From the NCBI RefSeq assembly GCF_020036995.1, contig NZ_JAIQDD010000010.1, positions 225,433 to 289,432 of the forward strand: a stretch of 64,000 nt of DNA. The letters are read 5' to 3'. The DNA comes from Corallococcus sp. AS-1-12 (GTDB taxonomy: Bacteria; Myxococcota; Myxococcia; Myxococcales; Myxococcaceae). The translations under genes and the position numbers were made by a program. Each line of letters opens with the position of its first letter. Positions within the stretch are counted from its first letter, which is position 1. This document shows positions 9,276-19,187 of the stretch, in pieces. A model generated the notes under the pieces. The model was given only the letters and a program-made list of their open reading frames with translations, did not search any database and was not told the origin of the DNA.

Positions 9276-11627
9276 TCAGTCGACCGGACGCACCTGGACC
9301 TGCATCACGGTGTCGCTCTTGTTCACCGACAGCACCTCGATGATGGTGCCCGTCTTCGGGACCTTCACGCCGGCGTACGGCTGCGTGGCGTACCAGAAGG
9401 TGTTGGTGTCGTTGAACACCGGCACCGCGGGCTGCGAGGGGTACTCGCTGCGCGGGAAGCCGTTGGGCTTGAGCGACAGCGGGAAGCTGGGGTCCAGGCC
9501 GAACGTCGCGTCGTGCGTCTGCACGCGGCCGGACCAGTAGCGGCCGTCGCTGCGCTGCAGGGGCTGCGGGCGCGAGTCGATGGGCAGGATGCGGCCCTCG
9601 CCCGGGTGCTGCGACACGTTGTTGTTCGACTGGGAGGTGTCCCAGTAGGTGACGAGCAGGCCGGGGTTGTACGAGTATCGCTCCGCCCAGTCATACAGAC
9701 CGTCCGCGCTGAAGCCGAAGTTGTACGGGCCCGTGGCCAGCCCCTCGTCGTAGCCGCGGAACTGGCGCCACTCGGCGATGTAGTAGTTGTCGTAGAGGGT
9801 GTGGGTGCCGTCCGTCACGAAGAACGTCGACTTGTCCCACCACTTGTGGCCCCACTCACCGTCGTCGCCAAAGACGTAGGTGTTCTTCGCCCACAACTGC
9901 ACGGCGTCCACCAGGAAGCCGGCCTGGAAGTAGGCCGCGTCCGTCTTGTAGCGGATGCGCAGCGTGACCTTCTTGCCCGCGTAGGAGGACAGGTCGAACG
10001 ACAGCGGCACCCAGCCCGTGGACGTGCCGGTGATGCCGTTGCCCAGGTTGTTGCCGTACGGGTTGCTGGTGCGGCTCACCGGGCTGGGCAGGTTGACGAA
10101 CGAGCCCCCCTCCTCGGCGATGGAGACGTAGGCGTAGTCCCAGTCCTCCTCGATGTCGAACCACGTCTGGAAGGAGAAGGTGATGGGCGTCTTGCTCGGC
10201 AGCTTCACCGTCTTCTCCAGCACGCGGTCCAGGTTGTTGCCCTGGCCGCCCTGCCACATGCCCTGGCCCTCGAAGGGGGCGGTGGTGGGCTGCAGCACGG
10301 GCTTGCCGGGCAGCTTCACCACGAGCGCCTGCTTCGCGTTCTGCGAGGTGAACTCCGCGGGGCCCAGCCGGTGGTACGAGTACAGGCCCGCGTCCGTGGT
10401 GGCGTAGTCCAGCCAGCCCAACTGCAGCTTGTCCCAGGCGAAGAAGTCACCCGGACGGCTGCCGATGTCCGTGGTGCCGTCGTTCAGGTACGAGCCGGAG
10501 GACATGATGGTCCAGAAGCCCGTCCCGTTGTCCGCCGCGTTCGTCGTGTCGTAGTGGTCCGGCAGGCCCAGGTCGTGGCCGTACTCGTGCGCGAACACGC
10601 CCAGTCCGCCGTTCTCCGGCTGGATGGTGTAGTCGCCCACCCACTTGTCCACGCCCGTCCCGAAGCGCGCGCCGCCGTTCTGGTTGTACGCGGGACCCGC
10701 GCCATCCGGGCCCAGGCCCGTGCTGTACGCGTACCAGCGGTGGCTCCACACCGCGTTCGGACCCTGCGCGCCGCCGCCGACCTCCTCACCCATGCCGGCG
10801 TGGACGATCTGGAAGTGGTCGATGTAGCCGTCCGGCTCGTCGAAGTTGCCGTCGCCGTCGTAGTCGTACCGGTCCCACGTGTCGAACGTGTCCAGGTACG
10901 CCTTGATCTCCGCGGGCGTCTTGCCGGCGGCCTGCTGCGCGTGGGTCCACGCCTTGATGGCGTCGCTGATGAGCGGCCACACGGAGTTGGAGCAACTGGA
11001 GCTGCCGCACAGGTTGTTGCCGTAGCGCGCGGCGTTGTAGGGCACCTTCACCCACTCGGACACCGCGCCGGACACGGCGTAGCGGCCGGAGGACGCGGCC
11101 TTGTAGAAGTTCGCCACCGAGTCCGCGCCCGGAGTGGTGTCGAAGTAGAGCTTCTCGAAGTGCTCGCGGTTGTAGTCCGGCTGCCAGATGGTGGTGTTGT
11201 CCACCGAGCGGTCCGGGGCCGGAATCTCGTTGTGCAGCGGGCCGGGGATGTCGCCGCCCGGGTTGGTGGTCGGGTTGCCGAACACCGGGTGGATCTGCGT
11301 GCCGTACTCCACCAGGATGACGAAGATGCGGTCCGTGCGCTGCAGCTCCAGCTCCACGAACTTGCCGTTGGCCAGCTTCTGCACGCGGCCGGGCTGACCG
11401 CGACCCTCCAGGCGCTGCTGCAGCGCCTGCGCCTTCAGCTCCTTCTGCTGCTCCCCCAGACGGTGGGGCAGGTCATCCGTGATGTCCTGGACCACGGACT
11501 TGCGCAGCGACGCCGACGGCGGGGCGATGTCCGGTTGCGGCTTCTCGTACCACGCGCGCTCCGCGTACGCGGACGGCGCCGCGAGCGCGAGCAGGCCCAC
11601 GGCCAGCCAAGACGGGTTTTTCCGCAT
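9276..11627 (-). CDS. inhA: Immune inhibitor A (InhA)-like secreted zinc metalloprotease, MEROPS M6 family
   Basis: HEYGHDLGLPDHYD zinc-binding motif. Signal peptide MRKNPSWLAVGLLALAAPSAYA begins at the ATG at 11627 (the ORF-track start at 11633 is GTG). About 780 aa, typical of M6 peptidases. Confidence 0.85.
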   Translation of the reverse strand: MRKNPSWLAVGLLALAAPSAYAERAWYEKPQPDIAPPSASLRKSVVQDITDDLPHRLGEQQKELKAQALQQRLEGRGQPGRVQKLANGKFVELELQRTDRIFVILVEYGTQIHPVFGNPTTNPGGDIPGPLHNEIPAPDRSVDNTTIWQPDYNREHFEKLYFDTTPGADSVANFYKAASSGRYAVSGAVSEWVKVPYNAARYGNNLCGSSSCSNSVWPLISDAIKAWTHAQQAAGKTPAEIKAYLDTFDTWDRYDYDGDGNFDEPDGYIDHFQIVHAGMGEEVGGGAQGPNAVWSHRWYAYSTGLGPDGAGPAYNQNGGARFGTGVDKWVGDYTIQPENGGLGVFAHEYGHDLGLPDHYDTTNAADNGTGFWTIMSSGSYLNDGTTDIGSRPGDFFAWDKLQLGWLDYATTDAGLYSYHRLGPAEFTSQNAKQALVVKLPGKPVLQPTTAPFEGQGMWQGGQGNNLDRVLEKTVKLPSKTPITFSFQTWFDIEEDWDYAYVSIAEEGGSFVNLPSPVSRTSNPYGNNLGNGITGTSTGWVPLSFDLSSYAGKKVTLRIRYKTDAAYFQAGFLVDAVQLWAKNTYVFGDDGEWGHKWWDKSTFFVTDGTHTLYDNYYIAEWRQFRGYDEGLATGPYNFGFSADGLYDWAERYSYNPGLLVTYWDTSQSNNNVSQHPGEGRILPIDSRPQPLQRSDGRYWSGRVQTHDATFGLDPSFPLSLKPNGFPRSEYPSQPAVPVFNDTNTFWYATQPYAGVKVPKTGTIIEVLSVNKSDTVMQVQVRPVD

Positions 11628-11633
11628 TGCCAC

Positions 11634-11828
11634 TCCTTAGGGTCAGGTCAGACATCCCGGCGGGGTCCGGGATTGCCCACTTTTTAGTGGAAGGCTCGTC
11701 CCCTTGGGAAGACCGGGTAGTTGAATTTTTACTGCAAGGACGGAGTGAGTCATCCGTCCGCTGGCGGTCGGAAATCCGAGAATGGGTAGGGGCGGTGGGG
11801 GGCCAAAGGACTACGGTTCCGGTCCGTG
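11634..11828. promoter_or_regulatory. AT-enriched divergent intergenic region between inhA (-) and ppc (+), presumably carrying both promoters
   Basis: A-T-rich runs (e.g. agttgaatttttactgcaagg) in a locally GC-rich genome. Motif-level only. Confidence 0.4.
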
Positions 11829-14498
11829 ATGGCGCGTACACGTCCCGTGGATCCCCCGCTGCGGCGGGATGTCCGGCTCTTGGGCCGGCTGTTGGGTGAG
11901 GTGTTGGTGGAACAGGAGGGGCAGGCCCTGTTCGACAAGGAGGAGGAGGTCCGCCACCTGGCCATCCAGCGCCGGCGGGGGCCGGTGGCCGGACGACGCG
12001 CCGCGGCGGCGGAGCTGGCGGCGGTGTTGCGGCGGCTGCCTTCTGAGCAGGTGGAGCCGGTGCTGCGCGCCTTCTCCGTCTACTTCCAGTTGGTGAACCT
12101 GGCCGAGCAGCACCACCGCATCCGCCGCGCGCGGGCCCACGCGAGCCCCACCTCCGCCCGGCCCCAGAAGGGGTCGCTGGAGGCGACGCTGCTGACGCTG
12201 AAGGCCGCGGGCGTCAGCGCCGACAAGGTGCGTGAGACGCTGGGGACGCTGAAGGTGACGCTGACGTTCACCGCGCACCCGACCCAGGCGGTGCGCCGCA
12301 CGCTGCTGGAGAAGCTCTACCGGCTGGCGCAGTTGTTGGAGGAGCGCGACCGCTGCGCGCTCACCCCGCGCGAGTCCGCCGCGAACCTCACGGCCATGCG
12401 CGAGGAGATCACCGCGCTGTGGCAGACGGACGAGCTGCGCCGCGAGCGCCCCACGGTGGGCGACGAGGTGAAGAACGTCCACTGGTACGTGGAGGAGATG
12501 CTGTCGGAGCCGGTGGCCCGGCTGCCGGAGGCGCTGGACTGGGCCTTCGAGCGCGCCTACGGCGAGCCCCTGGGCGCGCTGGACACGCCCGTGCGCGTGC
12601 ATTCCTGGGTGGGCGGCGACATGGACGGCAACCCGCTGGTGACCCCGGAGGTGTTCGCGGACACGCTGCGCGCGCACCGCGCCCGGGGGCTGCGGCTGCT
12701 GTTGCGCGACGTGGAGCGGCTGGGCGGGATGCTGTCGCAGTCGGAGCGGCACGCGCGCCCCACGCAGGAGCTGGAGCGCTCGCTGGACGAGGACGCGAAG
12801 GCGCTGCCGGAGGTGGCCAGGCAGCAGGGGCCGCGCACGCTGGGCGAGCCGTGGCGCCGCAAGCTGCGCTTCATGGAGGAGCGGCTGACGCTGGCGCTGG
12901 AGCACGTGCTGGCGCGGCGCGAGGGGAGGGAGTCCACGCTGCCGGCCGGGGCGTACCGTTCACCGGAGGCGCTGGGGGATGACCTGGCGGTGCTGGAGCG
13001 GTCGCTCTTCGCGGCGAGAGCGGAGCACGCGGGCCTGCGCGAGGTGCGCCGCATGTCCGAGCGCGTCCGCGCGCTGGGCCTGGGCCTGGGCGAGCTGGAG
13101 GTGCGGGCCCCCGCGGAGGACGCGGTGAGCGCGGCGGCGTCCTTCCACGGCGGACCGGCCCCGACCGAAGGCGGCAAGCGGCTCCTGGAGGTGCTGGCGA
13201 AGCTGCGCGAGGGCCAGGACGAGGGCGGCGAGTCCGTCTGCCGCACGCTCATCCTCTCCATGGCCTCCACCGCGGCCGACGTGCTGGCGGCCTTCCAGTG
13301 CCTGAAGCACGCGGGGCTCTGGGACCCGGCGCGGCAGTGCGCCACCGTGGACGTGGCGCCCCTCTTCGAGCAGTTGGGCGCGCTGGACGGCGGCCCGGAC
13401 GTGCTGCGCCAGCTCTTCGCGCACCCGGAGTACCGCCAGCACCTGAAGGGCCGTGGGGTGCAGGAGGTGATGGTGGGCTACAGCGACTCCGGCAAGGAGG
13501 TGGGCCTGCTCGCCGCGAGCGCCGCGCTGTACCGCGCCCAGGTGGCGCTCACCCAGGTGGCGGATGAGCACGACGTGCCCCTGCGCCTGTTCCATGGCCG
13601 AGGGGAGACGGTGGCGCGCGGCGGCGGCCCCGCCCAGACGGCCATCCTCGCGCTGCCGCCGGGCACGGTGGCCGGCGCCTACAAGGCCACCGAACAGGGC
13701 GAGGCGATGGACCACAAGTACGCGCGCCCGGAGCTCACCCAGCGCACGCTGGAGCTGGTGGTGGGCGGCGTGCTGCTGCACACGCTGGACGCGCAGCCGC
13801 GCCCGTCGCCGGAGGACGAGTCCGCCTTCCGCGCCGCCTTCGACGCGCTGGCGGAGTCCGGCCGCAAGGCGTACCGCGCGCTCGTCTGGGAGGACCCGCG
13901 CTTCGTGGAGTTCTTCATGAAGGGCACGCCGGTGGATGAAATCTCCGCGCTGCCCATCGGCTCGCGCCCCAGCAAGCGCAAGGCGGGCGGGCTGGACACG
14001 CTGCGCGCCATCCCCTGGAGCTTCGCGTGGACGCAGACGCGCGCCATCCTCCCGGCCTGGTACGGCGTGGGCAGCGCGCTGGAGGAGTCCGCGGCCACGC
14101 CGGAGGGCGCGGCGCTCCTGCAGCGCATGTACAAGGAGTGGCCCTTCTTCCGCGCGGTCATCGACAACGTGACCATGGTGCTGGCCAAGACGGACATGGC
14201 CATCGCGGCGCGGTACGCGAAGCTGGCCCCCGCGGCCACGCGGCCCCTGTGGCTGCGCATCCAGCAGGAGCACTCGCGCACGCGCCGCGCGGTGAAGTCG
14301 CTCACGGGCGAGGCGAAGCTTCTGGACAACAACCCGCAGCTCCAGCGGAGCATCGCGCTGCGCAACCCCTACGTGGACCCCATGTCCTTCCTCCAGGTGG
14401 AGCTGCTCAAGCGCAAGCGGGACGGGGACGCGGAGTGCGACCGGCCGCTCCTCCTGGCGCTCAACGGCATCGCTGCGGGCATGCGGAACACCGGTTAG
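11829..14498 (+). CDS. ppc: Phosphoenolpyruvate carboxylase
   Basis: 890-aa protein with PEPC signatures (VMVGYSDSGKEVG; the C-terminal ...LNGIAAGMRNTG is the conserved PEPC C-terminus). ATG at 11829. Confidence 0.9.
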   Translation: MARTRPVDPPLRRDVRLLGRLLGEVLVEQEGQALFDKEEEVRHLAIQRRRGPVAGRRAAAAELAAVLRRLPSEQVEPVLRAFSVYFQLVNLAEQHHRIRRARAHASPTSARPQKGSLEATLLTLKAAGVSADKVRETLGTLKVTLTFTAHPTQAVRRTLLEKLYRLAQLLEERDRCALTPRESAANLTAMREEITALWQTDELRRERPTVGDEVKNVHWYVEEMLSEPVARLPEALDWAFERAYGEPLGALDTPVRVHSWVGGDMDGNPLVTPEVFADTLRAHRARGLRLLLRDVERLGGMLSQSERHARPTQELERSLDEDAKALPEVARQQGPRTLGEPWRRKLRFMEERLTLALEHVLARREGRESTLPAGAYRSPEALGDDLAVLERSLFAARAEHAGLREVRRMSERVRALGLGLGELEVRAPAEDAVSAAASFHGGPAPTEGGKRLLEVLAKLREGQDEGGESVCRTLILSMASTAADVLAAFQCLKHAGLWDPARQCATVDVAPLFEQLGALDGGPDVLRQLFAHPEYRQHLKGRGVQEVMVGYSDSGKEVGLLAASAALYRAQVALTQVADEHDVPLRLFHGRGETVARGGGPAQTAILALPPGTVAGAYKATEQGEAMDHKYARPELTQRTLELVVGGVLLHTLDAQPRPSPEDESAFRAAFDALAESGRKAYRALVWEDPRFVEFFMKGTPVDEISALPIGSRPSKRKAGGLDTLRAIPWSFAWTQTRAILPAWYGVGSALEESAATPEGAALLQRMYKEWPFFRAVIDNVTMVLAKTDMAIAARYAKLAPAATRPLWLRIQQEHSRTRRAVKSLTGEAKLLDNNPQLQRSIALRNPYVDPMSFLQVELLKRKRDGDAECDRPLLLALNGIAAGMRNTG

Positions 14499-14508
14499 AG
14501 AAGAGACC

Positions 14509-15219
14509 ATGGCCCAGGAGACGTTCGTCGTGGAGGAGATCAACCCCAAGCACGGCTTCGCGCGCGTGCGCCCGGAAGAGGGCACGGGGTTGCTGCACAC
14601 CGCCCTCTATCCGGATCCGGAGTTCACCCAGGCGCCGCCCTTCCAGCTCCGCAAGGGGGACCGGGTGACGGGCCTTCGCCGGGGCCAGACGGTGTCGGAG
14701 GTGGCCTGGCTCACGCGCGTGGAGCCGCCCTGGGAGGAGGTGGAGCGCGTGGCGGAGCTGCTCGCGCTCCTGGAGCGCTGGGAGATCCGCGTCCCCCACG
14801 AGGCCCGCGTCCTGGCCGAGCACGCCTGGCGCGACAGCAGGGACAACCCGCTGCGCGACGAGCTCCAGGCGCAGTTGCCCACCTTCTTCGACCTGGAGGG
14901 CGCCCACCCCTTCGAGGACCCCACGCTGCTGGAGCGCCTGTCCGCCGCCATGCAGCCGTACCTGCCGGGGTTCGCCCTCCAGCCGGTGCAGGGCCAGCCC
15001 GCGGTGCGCGTGGAGCCCGGCGCCGTGGAGGTCCAGGCGGGCGTGGGGAGCTGGGAGGTGCCCCAGCCCACCTTCGCCCCGATGATCGCGGAGGTGAACG
15101 CGAGGCTCGCCGCCGCCGGAGCCCCCGTGCGCTGGGTGCCCACGCGCGAGGACTGGATGCTCGCGCCGCCCGCGCTGGCCGCGCTCCTCCAGAAGCACGG
15201 CCTGCTGGGGCCTCAGTAG
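14509..15219 (+). CDS. Hypothetical protein (236 aa)
   Basis: ATG 10 nt after the ppc stop and codirectional with it. Balanced composition; no domain recognised. Confidence 0.55.
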   Translation: MAQETFVVEEINPKHGFARVRPEEGTGLLHTALYPDPEFTQAPPFQLRKGDRVTGLRRGQTVSEVAWLTRVEPPWEEVERVAELLALLERWEIRVPHEARVLAEHAWRDSRDNPLRDELQAQLPTFFDLEGAHPFEDPTLLERLSAAMQPYLPGFALQPVQGQPAVRVEPGAVEVQAGVGSWEVPQPTFAPMIAEVNARLAAAGAPVRWVPTREDWMLAPPALAALLQKHGLLGPQ

Positions 15220-15566
15220 CCGTAGGAGCCGCTGCGCACGTCCACCAGCCGGCCGTCGCGGAAGATGGCCACCTGCATCAGCCGGTGGGGCCCGAAGTTG
15301 TAGGTCCACTCCTCCACGGTCGTGGAGGTCGTGACCTCCGTGGAGGCCTCGCCGTAGCGCGTCCGGTCCCGCGTCCCTTCCTTGACCTTCTGGGTCACGT
15401 ACTCCGTCCTGCTCTGCTTCGTCACCGGCTCGCCGCACTTGGCCAGCGCGTCCGTCTGCGAGGCCCCCTCCGACACGAGCTTGTTGTCGCAGCGCAGCGC
15501 GGACGCGTGGACGAGCGAGGGCAGGGCGAGGCAGGCGACGACGAGGGCGGCGGGAAGGGTGCGCAT
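15213..15566 (-). CDS. DUF2845-family small secreted protein
   Basis: Signal peptide MRTLPAALVVACLALPSLVHA, then the CDNKLVSEG...C motif typical of DUF2845 (two Cys). Confidence 0.65.
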   Translation of the reverse strand: MRTLPAALVVACLALPSLVHASALRCDNKLVSEGASQTDALAKCGEPVTKQSRTEYVTQKVKEGTRDRTRYGEASTEVTTSTTVEEWTYNFGPHRLMQVAIFRDGRLVDVRSGSYGY

Positions 15567-15666
15567 GGGGAACGCTCCGGGGAGTGGAAAGGGGCAGGGA
15601 ACACGGCCAGGACGCGGCGGACCCGAAACTATTCAACCCTCCGTGCGCTTTCCCGCCGGGCAGCCG

Positions 15667-16944
15667 CTACAGGCCGCCCTTCGCCTTGAGGGTGCGCGCC
15701 ACCTCGTCCGCCATCACGCGGTGGCCCTCCACGGACGGGTGGATGCCGTCCACCTCCAGCCCGTCGATGAAGAGGTCCACGTTGCCCGGCTGGCGCGTCA
15801 CGGCCTCCAGGTCGATGAGCTGCGCGCGCGTCAGGGAGCGCAGCCACGCGTTGAACTCGTGGCGCTGGGCCTTCATCAGCTCGAAGTCCCCGCCGTCCGC
15901 GCCCATCTTCTCCTTGGGCAGCAGCGTGCTCACCCACAGCCGGCACATGGGCTGGAGCTGATCCAGCAACTGCGTCATGCGCTGCTGCAGCTTCGGCACC
16001 GTCATGCCCTCCGCGGCCAGGTCGTTGACGCCCAAGAGGACGATGCAGTCGGTGACGCCCTGCAGGGAGAGCACCTCCTGCGGCAGTTGGAGGTTCGCGT
16101 CCCAGAAGCCCTGCCCGGACGCGCCCGAGTTCACCACCGGCACCCCGAGCTGCTTCTCCACCCGGGACGGCCACGCGTTGCGCGTGTCGTTGAACGTGCC
16201 CGTGTAGCCCTCCGTGATGCTGTCTCCAATGGCGACGAAGGCCCGGCCCGGTGCGCCCTCCACGTCCACCGTCGCCACGCCCGTGGCGTACTCCCAGGCC
16301 TGGCCGCCCAGCGCGCCCTGCGTCGTCGCGTAGGCGCCGGCCTTCATCCAACTGTCCGGGAACGCCTGGATGCGGCTCTTGCCCAGCGCGCCCTTCACCT
16401 CGAAGGAGATGGCCAGCTCGTCGCGGAAGCCCACCGGGAAGGAGACCGGATCCGACGTCACCAGCGTGCGCGTGCCCGTGGTGAAGCCCGGCTGGCCGCC
16501 GAAGGTGAGCGCCACCGGAGCGGAGTCCAGCGCGCCGTTGTTGCCCGCCTTCGCCACCGTGGCCCGCTGCAGCGTCAGGCCGCCGTCGCCGGAGCGGAAG
16601 GTGACGCGCACGCGGCTGCCCGCGCGCCCCAGGGGGACCTTGAGCCGGTACGTGGTGAAGGTCCCCACGGAGACGGATTCGCGCAGCGACTGGTGGAAGG
16701 CGGGCTGGAACTTCGTGGGCAGGGGCGCCACGGGCGGCGTGGCCTGCACCTGGTGCCCGTCATGCAGCGTCAGCGTGGGGGCGGCCTCCACCGACCCCTC
16801 GGCGGCGGGCGCGGTCACCTCCGCGTCCGTGCGGCCCTGCCCGGAGGGCTCCTCGGGCGAGCGGCCGTCATCCATGCCTCCACACCCCACCAGCACGCCC
16901 AGGGCTCCGAAGCACCCCCAGCGCAGCGCCTTCCTCAGACCCAT
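15667..16944 (-). CDS. SGNH/GDSL-family hydrolase lipoprotein
   Basis: GDSL block FVAIGDSITEGY and a C-terminal D..H (VDGIHPSVEGH). Lipoprotein signal MGLRKALRWGCFGALGVLVGC, with the start ATG at 16942-16944. Confidence 0.75.
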   Translation of the reverse strand: MGLRKALRWGCFGALGVLVGCGGMDDGRSPEEPSGQGRTDAEVTAPAAEGSVEAAPTLTLHDGHQVQATPPVAPLPTKFQPAFHQSLRESVSVGTFTTYRLKVPLGRAGSRVRVTFRSGDGGLTLQRATVAKAGNNGALDSAPVALTFGGQPGFTTGTRTLVTSDPVSFPVGFRDELAISFEVKGALGKSRIQAFPDSWMKAGAYATTQGALGGQAWEYATGVATVDVEGAPGRAFVAIGDSITEGYTGTFNDTRNAWPSRVEKQLGVPVVNSGASGQGFWDANLQLPQEVLSLQGVTDCIVLLGVNDLAAEGMTVPKLQQRMTQLLDQLQPMCRLWVSTLLPKEKMGADGGDFELMKAQRHEFNAWLRSLTRAQLIDLEAVTRQPGNVDLFIDGLEVDGIHPSVEGHRVMADEVARTLKAKGGL

Positions 16945-17160
16945 GCCCACGACCTCCCGGCGCAAGACAATGTGCACGATGTGCCCGCGTGGCGACCCGG
17001 GGATTCATGGCGCGCGCCAATCCCAGCGGGCCATGAACATCCCCTGCCAGGGAGCGGACGGCGCAGCACTTCCCCCACGCGGTGGCGGGCCGGGCCCCTG
17101 GAGGACCCGCGCGCTCGCCACCCGGGGCCGGGGCGCTGCCTTCCGTGGGCAATCCGTTGC

Positions 17161-18057
17161 CTACGGGACGCAGGCCCCCACGTCGCCGTCGTTGTTGTTG
17201 ATGGGCCGGCAGGTCGCGCCGTTCGCGCACCCCGGTGAGCCCGAGGGCAGGCGGCACAGCGTCCGGCACGCGCCGCCGCCGCCGCCGGTCATCACGCAGG
17301 TGCTGCCCCGTGAACACTGGTTGCTGAACTCGCACGCCGCGCCTTCCGTCCGCGACCCCTGGCCCGCGCACACCGAGCCGGTGGCGGCCGGGTAGCAGGC
17401 CAGCGGGCTCTCGCAGTCCTGCGCGAAGGCATCGCACCGCGCGGACGCGGGGCCGCACACCAGCGGCAGCTCGCGCGTGCCGGACAGCCGCAGCACGGTG
17501 TTGCACTCGCCCGTGCCGCAGTCGGAGGTCGCGTGGCACAGCTCGCGGCAGAAGAAGCCGACGCCGCCGTCGCCCTGCGACTCGTCCTTGCAGTACAGGC
17601 CCGCCGCGCACGTGTCGTACGTCTGGCCCGGAGGCGACTCGGCCAGCGTGCACGGCGCGCCCTCCGTGGCGGTGCCCGCCGCGACGCACTGGCGCTCGGT
17701 GGTGCCGGCGTCGGAGCCCACGTACGTGCACCGCTGTCCGGACGGACAGTCCTGGCGGACCACGTCGCACGCGGCCGCGAAGCACTGGCTGCCCGTGCCG
17801 CCGTCCGCCAGGTCCGTGTACAGACAGCTCTGTCCCGCGGCGCAGCCCTCCTGCTTCGTCACGTTGCACGCGAAGTCGGAGCTTCCACCGCCGCCGCCAT
17901 CACCCGCGTCGACAGTCCCGGAATCTCCGGCGTCGGTCCCGGAATCCAGGGTGGTCCCGCCATCCGTTGGCGGGCGGACAGTCCCGCCGTCATCGCAGCC
18001 CGCCACCCACAGCCCCAGCATCAGGGCGCCACCCAACAACACGAGACGTGCACTCAT
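17161..18057 (-). CDS. Cysteine-rich repeat lipoprotein (myxobacterial Cys-rich extracellular type)
   Basis: Lipobox LGLWVAGC, a Gly/Asp-rich linker, then about 24 Cys in repeating C-x-x-G/Q-x-C patterns. Confidence 0.7.
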   Translation of the reverse strand: MSARLVLLGGALMLGLWVAGCDDGGTVRPPTDGGTTLDSGTDAGDSGTVDAGDGGGGGSSDFACNVTKQEGCAAGQSCLYTDLADGGTGSQCFAAACDVVRQDCPSGQRCTYVGSDAGTTERQCVAAGTATEGAPCTLAESPPGQTYDTCAAGLYCKDESQGDGGVGFFCRELCHATSDCGTGECNTVLRLSGTRELPLVCGPASARCDAFAQDCESPLACYPAATGSVCAGQGSRTEGAACEFSNQCSRGSTCVMTGGGGGACRTLCRLPSGSPGCANGATCRPINNNDGDVGACVP

Positions 18058-18184
18058 CCGGAAACTCCTGGCGTCGAAGTAGCCTGGGACTTACACGAGC
18101 CATTCCGTTGTCCGGGGGCCCTTGAACCGGGCCTGGAAACCAGCCGACACTTCCGGTTTGAGAACCGAGGGGGTCAGGGTGCGC

Positions 18185-18541
18185 ATGAACACGAAGTTGG
18201 ATGGGCCGGTGGAGCCAGACCCGTACATGAACCGCCGCGCCGAGGAGCGCGTGGCGGCGCGGTTCGAAGTGCGTTTCGAGCAGATGGAGGACGCGGCGCG
18301 CGCGCTGCGGGCCTACTCGCTGAACCTGTCCGCGGGCGGGCTGTGCCTGCGCACGCGCAAGTCCTACGACGTGGGCGCGCAGGTGCGGCTGGCCATGGTC
18401 ATCGACGGGGAGGAGTTCCACCTCACCGGCGTCGTGGCCTGGGTGCGCGACGAGGCGGAGGCCATCGGCGTGCGCTTCATCGACGTGAGCGAGGAGGACC
18501 ACGAGCGCCTGCGCCGCGTGGTCGCGAGCTTCAAGCGCTGA
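18185..18541 (+). CDS. PilZ-domain protein (putative c-di-GMP receptor)
   Basis: RRAEERV (RxxxR) and DxSxGG (NLSAGGLCL) PilZ motifs. ATG at 18185 is preferred over the upstream alternative at 18122. Confidence 0.7.
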   Translation: MNTKLDGPVEPDPYMNRRAEERVAARFEVRFEQMEDAARALRAYSLNLSAGGLCLRTRKSYDVGAQVRLAMVIDGEEFHLTGVVAWVRDEAEAIGVRFIDVSEEDHERLRRVVASFKR

Positions 18542-18551
18542 AGCCGCATCC

Positions 18552-18592
18552 GCCGCGGGAGGTGCCCGGCCAGGACGCCGGGCCCTCGCGGC
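18552..18592. terminator. Nested GC-rich hairpin between the convergent PilZ gene (+) and GNAT gene (-), a candidate bidirectional terminator
   Basis: Inner stem cccggc-caggac-gccggg; outer arms gccgcggg / ccctcgcggc. Confidence 0.25.
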
Positions 18593-18601
18593 ACCCTGCC
18601 G

Positions 18602-19069
18602 CTACTTCTGGGGCTCGTACTCCGAGTGGCGGAACACCCCGGAGTCACCCTCCACGTAGCCGCACGCCCGGTAGAAGGCGCGCGTCTCCTCGGTGACGTT
18701 GATGGGGGCGATGAGCTGCAACTGCTTCACGCTCAGCACCTTGCCCCGCTGCGCCACCTGCGCGAGCAGCGCGCGGCCCACGCCCCGGCGGCGCCAGCCC
18801 TCGGACACCACCAGCTCGTCCACGGTGGCCACGCGCCCGCGCAGCCGAAGCTGCGGCCGGTGGGAGAAGGACACCATGCCCACCGCGCGGTCCTGCGGGT
18901 CTCCCGCGACGAAGATCTCAATCTCCGGATGGCTGATGACCCAGTGCACCGTCTGCTGATCGGTGCCCTGGGGGTAGCCCAGCTCACGCAGCAGCTGGGC
19001 CATGACCTCGGCGTCACCGCGACGCGCGCGGCGGATCCGGAAGGCGTTGGCGTCTGGGGCGGGGGTCAT
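18602..19069 (-). CDS. GNAT-family N-acetyltransferase
   Basis: Acetyl-CoA binding motif RRRGVGRALL (R/Q-x-x-G-x-G/A). Start ATG at 19067-19069. Confidence 0.75.
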   Translation of the reverse strand: MTPAPDANAFRIRRARRGDAEVMAQLLRELGYPQGTDQQTVHWVISHPEIEIFVAGDPQDRAVGMVSFSHRPQLRLRGRVATVDELVVSEGWRRRGVGRALLAQVAQRGKVLSVKQLQLIAPINVTEETRAFYRACGYVEGDSGVFRHSEYEPQK

Positions 19070-19187
19070 GGTGCGGACGATGGGCTGGGACACGGAAGTT
19101 GGGATTCTAACGACTGGGCCGCCGGCCTCCAAAGAGGAACGGCGGCCCGGATGTCTTTCTGCGGTGGGGGCGGAACCGGCGCCGGCC

